This document shows, piece by piece, positions 59,868 to 64,000 of a stretch of 64,000 bases of DNA (within the stretch, counting starts at the first letter, position 1; each line of letters opens with the position of its first letter). A model generated the notes under the pieces. That model was not told the DNA's origin and did not search any database. It saw only the letters and a list, made by a program, of their open reading frames with translations. Source of the DNA: Elainellaceae cyanobacterium (GTDB lineage: Bacteria > Cyanobacteriota > Cyanobacteriia > CAZCXK01). Made by a program: the position numbers and the translations under genes. Location: the NCBI GenBank assembly GCA_051117335.1, contig JBNPEB010000063.1, forward strand, positions 12,955 to 76,954. Reading direction: 5' to 3'.

Positions 59868-59970
59868 AATATGTTGCGCAACACGAGATCGAGGTGCAAA
59901 TCGGGTGAGGAGAATCGCGTTTCAAACAGCCTTGAAACAAATTGATGAATTCTACCACGGGTCTACAATC

Positions 59971-60585
59971 ATGAATAATTTCAAAAATGCTTTGAAACAG
60001 ATAAAGCCCCAAGAGAATCAGGTTGATAACTATTTACTTAAAGGATTGCTTGAAGGAGGTTTAGGGGGTGTTTTACTCATCACTGAGAATGGGAAAGTAC
60101 ACTATGCAAATCGCCTTGCGTGCAAAATTCTCAGCCAGAGTTCTCATGATGATTGGCAGTGGGAGCGGCTGATTCAAGGAATTTGGGATCTGTATCAAGC
60201 TGTACTCGATAGCCAGGATGAATATCCTTTTGCTCACGAATCAACGCTGATGATTCCTCATGTGGGGCAGATTGTTCTACGAGGTCGGTGGTTTCGGATG
60301 GAGTATCCTGCTTCATCCCTTGTATTTCTTACCCTTGATCATCGCTATCATCTCGATCACGAGAGGGCGATCGCCAACTTAACGCACTATAATTTGACTC
60401 CCCGTGAAATGGAAGTGTGGCTCCTCCGTCAAGCCAACTATTCGTATAAAGAAATCGCAACTGAGCTGTTCATCACGCTGAATACCGTGAAGAAGCACAT
60501 GAAAAACATTTATGCGAAACTCAAAGCTCACGACAGCAAGCAATACAGGAATGTCATCAGGCTTGACCAGCGCAAGATTAGCTGA
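59971..60585 (+). CDS. LuxR-family HTH regulator with PAS-like N-terminus
   Basis: LTPREMEVW...SYKEIATELFITLNTVKKHMKNIYAK; VHYAN PAS-like start; ATG 59971 chosen. Confidence 0.88.
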   Translation: MNNFKNALKQIKPQENQVDNYLLKGLLEGGLGGVLLITENGKVHYANRLACKILSQSSHDDWQWERLIQGIWDLYQAVLDSQDEYPFAHESTLMIPHVGQIVLRGRWFRMEYPASSLVFLTLDHRYHLDHERAIANLTHYNLTPREMEVWLLRQANYSYKEIATELFITLNTVKKHMKNIYAKLKAHDSKQYRNVIRLDQRKIS

Positions 60586-60739
60586 TTTCGAAACCTGCGG
60601 TATCCCGACTTGTTCAGGCTCCTTTGGAAAAATACTCAAATCTCTTGTCCAAAGGAGCTTTCAGTGCTCATCAGATTAAATCAGTGATGGGCACGAGCGC
60701 TCTTTGCCCATCTTACGATTACTATTAGTATCACTCCTT

Positions 60740-61711
60740 TCAAATATCCACATTCAATGCATCTAAAACATGCGGCATGGATAGCGCTAGACCGTATTCC
60801 GGGAAATTATCTCCGGCAAAGTGCAGGGCTGCTGCTTGCAATGTATTTTTCTCTAACCAAAATGCACCTGAATCTCCAGGGGCGCTTACTTCGGCTCCGT
60901 GTGCTGTTTGGGCAATGTGAACCACATGACGAATGACTCGGCTAAATCCACGATAGATAATCGTAGTGACGCCATCAATGCCATCGATGATACCATCCGT
61001 GATATTTGACGTGCGTCCTGACTTAGTCACTCGCATCCCCAATATAGGCTGAGCGACACCATTCACAACACCTAGCCCTAGTTGACTATTGCTTAACGGA
61101 CGGAACCCCGTTAGTTGAGCGACGGCTGCATCAATGCCCTGATCCATTGCGTGTCGCGTTAACTGCGCCACGGTATATCGAGCGGTTCCTCCATCGGCAT
61201 AACCCGGTTGATAGATCTTTAAACCAGGTTGAGCATAGCCTGAACTCGCCAAAACATGCCAAGCACTGAGAATCATTTCAGCACCCGTCTCCCGGTCGAT
61301 GACTCGTCCCCCTAAAGTTCCATAGTTTCTATCCCAGGCATTTGAAATACTAATTCCTCCTTGCATCGGTTCATGCACGCGCGCTCGGATGGTTTGCGGT
61401 GCAGGAAACCTTGTGCGGAACTGATGAAGTTGATAGTTGGCCTCAACGATATCGACAGGAAATCCAATTTGCTCAGCCGTCACGACTCGTTGCGGATTTC
61501 GAATCGCAAACGCTTCGAAGGCGGCTCCTCTCAGCTTGCGGCGCAGATGCACTCGAACCGCAAGTTCGTCAATGATCTGTTTATTGTCTCGTTCTTTGAT
61601 TCGCATGCCGACATCGATTAGAGATATGAGTGGATCGTGTAAATAAAGGGCAGCAGCTCGCTGTCGTGCGCGGGCGGCTGCAAAAATCTGCGTTGACCGA
61701 ATGGGTGGCAT
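60740..61711 (-). CDS. Trypsin-like (S1, Nal1-like) serine protease
   Basis: GTLG, SAWHVL (His), DAAVA (Asp), KSGRTS, PGDSGA (Ser), LHFAG. Confidence 0.82.
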   Translation of the reverse strand: MPPIRSTQIFAAARARQRAAALYLHDPLISLIDVGMRIKERDNKQIIDELAVRVHLRRKLRGAAFEAFAIRNPQRVVTAEQIGFPVDIVEANYQLHQFRTRFPAPQTIRARVHEPMQGGISISNAWDRNYGTLGGRVIDRETGAEMILSAWHVLASSGYAQPGLKIYQPGYADGGTARYTVAQLTRHAMDQGIDAAVAQLTGFRPLSNSQLGLGVVNGVAQPILGMRVTKSGRTSNITDGIIDGIDGVTTIIYRGFSRVIRHVVHIAQTAHGAEVSAPGDSGAFWLEKNTLQAAALHFAGDNFPEYGLALSMPHVLDALNVDI

Positions 61712-61936
61712 GGTCGTCTCCTTAATTTTGCATCGTGTTACAGGAAACCGCTGGTTCCCAAGGTGCTTGAGTAGGAACCAGCGGCAGAGAGGAGGCAGAC
61801 ATCTTTGATTGTCAATAGGATGAATCTAGATGCCCCAATCAATCAGCTTAGTTAGAGTAATTGAGGCATGGATTCGAGTCAGGTTTGTTAATCAAGATGC
61901 ACTAGCATGAAGGGCACGATCGCCCTACTAGTGTTC

Positions 61937-62788
61937 CTATTGGCGATAGATCAAATACCGCAGTGGAACATCGTGCTGCAACTCTGGGCTCACTCCTGGA
62001 ACAAACAGGAACGGGGGTTCCCGATCGATATCCACATGATTAGTTGAGAAGGCCGCATAAGGCTGAGCTGCATTGACAATATCAGCCGTTACATTTACCT
62101 CAACCAACTGAGGATTGATGCCCGGATCAGGCGCAATAAAGAACTGAGGAATCAGAACAACAGCAGGTGCTGGATTAGGCAGCACAATGTTGAAAGTGGT
62201 GTCAGGGCCATTGGCAACATTGGTTAGATCAATGCGCTCGAATCGAACCCGGAGCGTGCGTCCGCCCAACTGAACTGTTGGAGGAACGGCAAACCCACAG
62301 GGTAGATCAACGGTCGGATTGATAAACACCAATGCTAGTTGTAGGGCCAGTTCACCCCCTGCAATCACCTTACCGGGCTCATAGGGTGGAAGGCCAATGA
62401 ACTGAATGGGTGAAAGAGTGACCACATCAAATGCAACATAGTCGCAACCCGGAATCGTAACAGAAGGCTCACCTGCTTCTAGACCTAAGGTTCGCTTCTG
62501 TGACTTAGCAGACGCTTGGCGTTCAACATACATCTCGGTTTGCTCAGACAGATAGGCTTTGTAGTCTTCGATCCAAGCACGAGCTGCTGCCATGATATCT
62601 TCAGGAACCTCAATTCCTGGCTCTGAAGAGGTCACCGAGTAGTCTAAGTCATAGGCACTGACTGGGGTAATTAGTTTACGCCCTGCTTGAGCCATCATTC
62701 CATTTCCATTGGATGTGGCGAGTGTGCCTTTTTGATCGCCATTGGCTAAGGCCAAGTCACTTTTTTGAGTTGTCATTTCAGTCGACAT
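61937..62788 (-). CDS. Hypothetical Pro-rich, beta-rich protein
   Basis: Long ORF; AGGAG RBS before ATG 62788; upstream of the protease on the same strand. Confidence 0.7.
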   Translation of the reverse strand: MSTEMTTQKSDLALANGDQKGTLATSNGNGMMAQAGRKLITPVSAYDLDYSVTSSEPGIEVPEDIMAAARAWIEDYKAYLSEQTEMYVERQASAKSQKRTLGLEAGEPSVTIPGCDYVAFDVVTLSPIQFIGLPPYEPGKVIAGGELALQLALVFINPTVDLPCGFAVPPTVQLGGRTLRVRFERIDLTNVANGPDTTFNIVLPNPAPAVVLIPQFFIAPDPGINPQLVEVNVTADIVNAAQPYAAFSTNHVDIDREPPFLFVPGVSPELQHDVPLRYLIYRQ

Positions 62789-63086
62789 GTCTATTCTCCT
62801 TGAATAGGTGTGATATGACGTTTGCATTGAACATGCGCGTTGTAATTCAAACTCAGAGGGGCATTGACGCCTTTCATCATTTGCTGGATTGTGTTTGCGT
62901 TGTTCAATATGTCAACTATGATGGCAAGCCAAATTTAGAACATCACAGTACCCATTGGGTACTTCTGAGGCGGCACAATATCACACTGCCAGAAAACCTG
63001 GAAGATGATGAACAGTCCTTTGGTATGCTCAAAAGGCTTACGAGAATGGCTGGAATTGAAACCGACTCATCTCTGACGAGGTGCGT

Positions 63087-64000
63087 TCATTGAACGATCT
63101 GGGGTGGAAAAGTTGCGCCCTGACAAACCCGATATTGCCAAGGTAGTGAAGACGGAAATGATGACAGAGTCGTGAGAATAACCGTGCCATTCGGTTGAAC
63201 TACCCATCCTTGAGCTTCTGTAGGGAGTGAATCAGGAGCAGTCACTTCAGGAGTATCCCCCGTTGATGTTGGTATCTCAGATTCGACCGATTCAGGATGA
63301 AGCCAGTTGGCTTGCGTATCATCCAGGTCTAACAAATCCGTAGGGCTAAGCGGCAAACCGCCTCGTCCGGCTGTGACAAACTCACTCTGTCCGTCTGCTA
63401 CATCTGACGAACATCCCTGTGAGATCGTTGCGGTTTCTGGTTCTGATGGCAGTTCGACCGTGCCCTGAATCGGATCGACATCTGGCGTGTTCAACACAAT
63501 TACGCCATCTACACCAAATTCAGAACTGGCGTTGATATCGCTGTTGGGGGTCAACTGGGGCTGAGGCTCAATACCAAAGATGCCTTGCGCGGTGATATCA
63601 ATATTTCCACCATCGCCGCGCACTGCATTGGCAATGATATCGCTATTTTCTGACAGCACCGATATCACAAAATCGGTTTCAATTGCGACATTACCTCCGT
63701 TGGCATCCTCAAGGGCGGCAGCCGAAATGAGGCTATTATTGCGAGCAATGAGCGCATCTCGACTTTGCACATCAACATTTCCGCCAGTCCCCACCCCGGT
63801 GGATGCGGTTAAGCGTCCTTGGTCAAGCCGCACTTGATTAGCCGTAATGTTTAGATTACCCGCTTCACCCGATCGCCCACTGACGTTCAGGTCTGCCCCG
63901 TCTAGAACTTGTAATATATCGGTGGCGATCGCCACGTCTCCAGCCTGCCCGGTGCCGCGTGTTCGTGCTCGCACTCCACTATTCGCACCATCTCCATCGA
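63087..64000 (-). CDS. C-terminal part of a third filamentous-haemagglutinin-like exoprotein (continues beyond window)
   Basis: GGNIDITAQGIFG, DINASSEFGVDG, GRGGLP, EAQGW as in the other two. Confidence 0.88.
   Translation of the reverse strand, partial: DGDGANSGVRARTRGTGQAGDVAIATDILQVLDGADLNVSGRSGEAGNLNITANQVRLDQGRLTASTGVGTGGNVDVQSRDALIARNNSLISAAALEDANGGNVAIETDFVISVLSENSDIIANAVRGDGGNIDITAQGIFGIEPQPQLTPNSDINASSEFGVDGVIVLNTPDVDPIQGTVELPSEPETATISQGCSSDVADGQSEFVTAGRGGLPLSPTDLLDLDDTQANWLHPESVESEIPTSTGDTPEVTAPDSLPTEAQGWVVQPNGTVILTTLSSFPSSLPWQYRVCQGATFPPQIVQ

Overview
Cyanobacterial DNA: the HIP1 octamer GCGATCGC is abundant, and an uninterrupted nif cluster suggests a non-heterocystous, probably filamentous strain (inference). 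Three zones. (1) 1-16.1 kb: Mo-nitrogenase cluster fdxN'-nifS-nifU-nifHDK-nifZ-nifEN(fused)-nifX-DUF269-DUF683-nifW-hesA-orf-hesB-fdxH-flavodoxin-cupin, peppered with MITE/REP-like repeats. (2) 16.3-28.7 kb: mixed genes, including a ParM-like actin with a putative adaptor, pentapeptide-repeat proteins, a YcjF GTPase, a Rieske oxygenase and rfbC. (3) 29-64 kb: accessory region with two parallel modules (sigma-70-like protein + DUF1822 + CHAT-protease/CHASE2 membrane receptor), followed by DUF928 in module 1 and by a small tandem-repeat peptide in module 2. This zone also holds three filamentous-haemagglutinin (TpsA)-like proteins, a TPR-CHAT protease, RTX, crystallin and Cys-rich secreted proteins, a B12 radical SAM enzyme, a methyltransferase, a LuxR regulator and a trypsin-like protease. 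The main new observation is a bipartite motif TTGCGAA(A/T)-N17/18-ATA(A/G)CT. It is found six times intact, always oriented towards a downstream gene: the sigma-like gene itself, both complete TpsA genes, the RTX gene, a secreted Cys protein and the repeat peptide. This suggests a dedicated sigma regulon, possibly switched on by a CHASE2-gated caspase-like protease. All family assignments come from recognising motifs by eye; no database searches were run.
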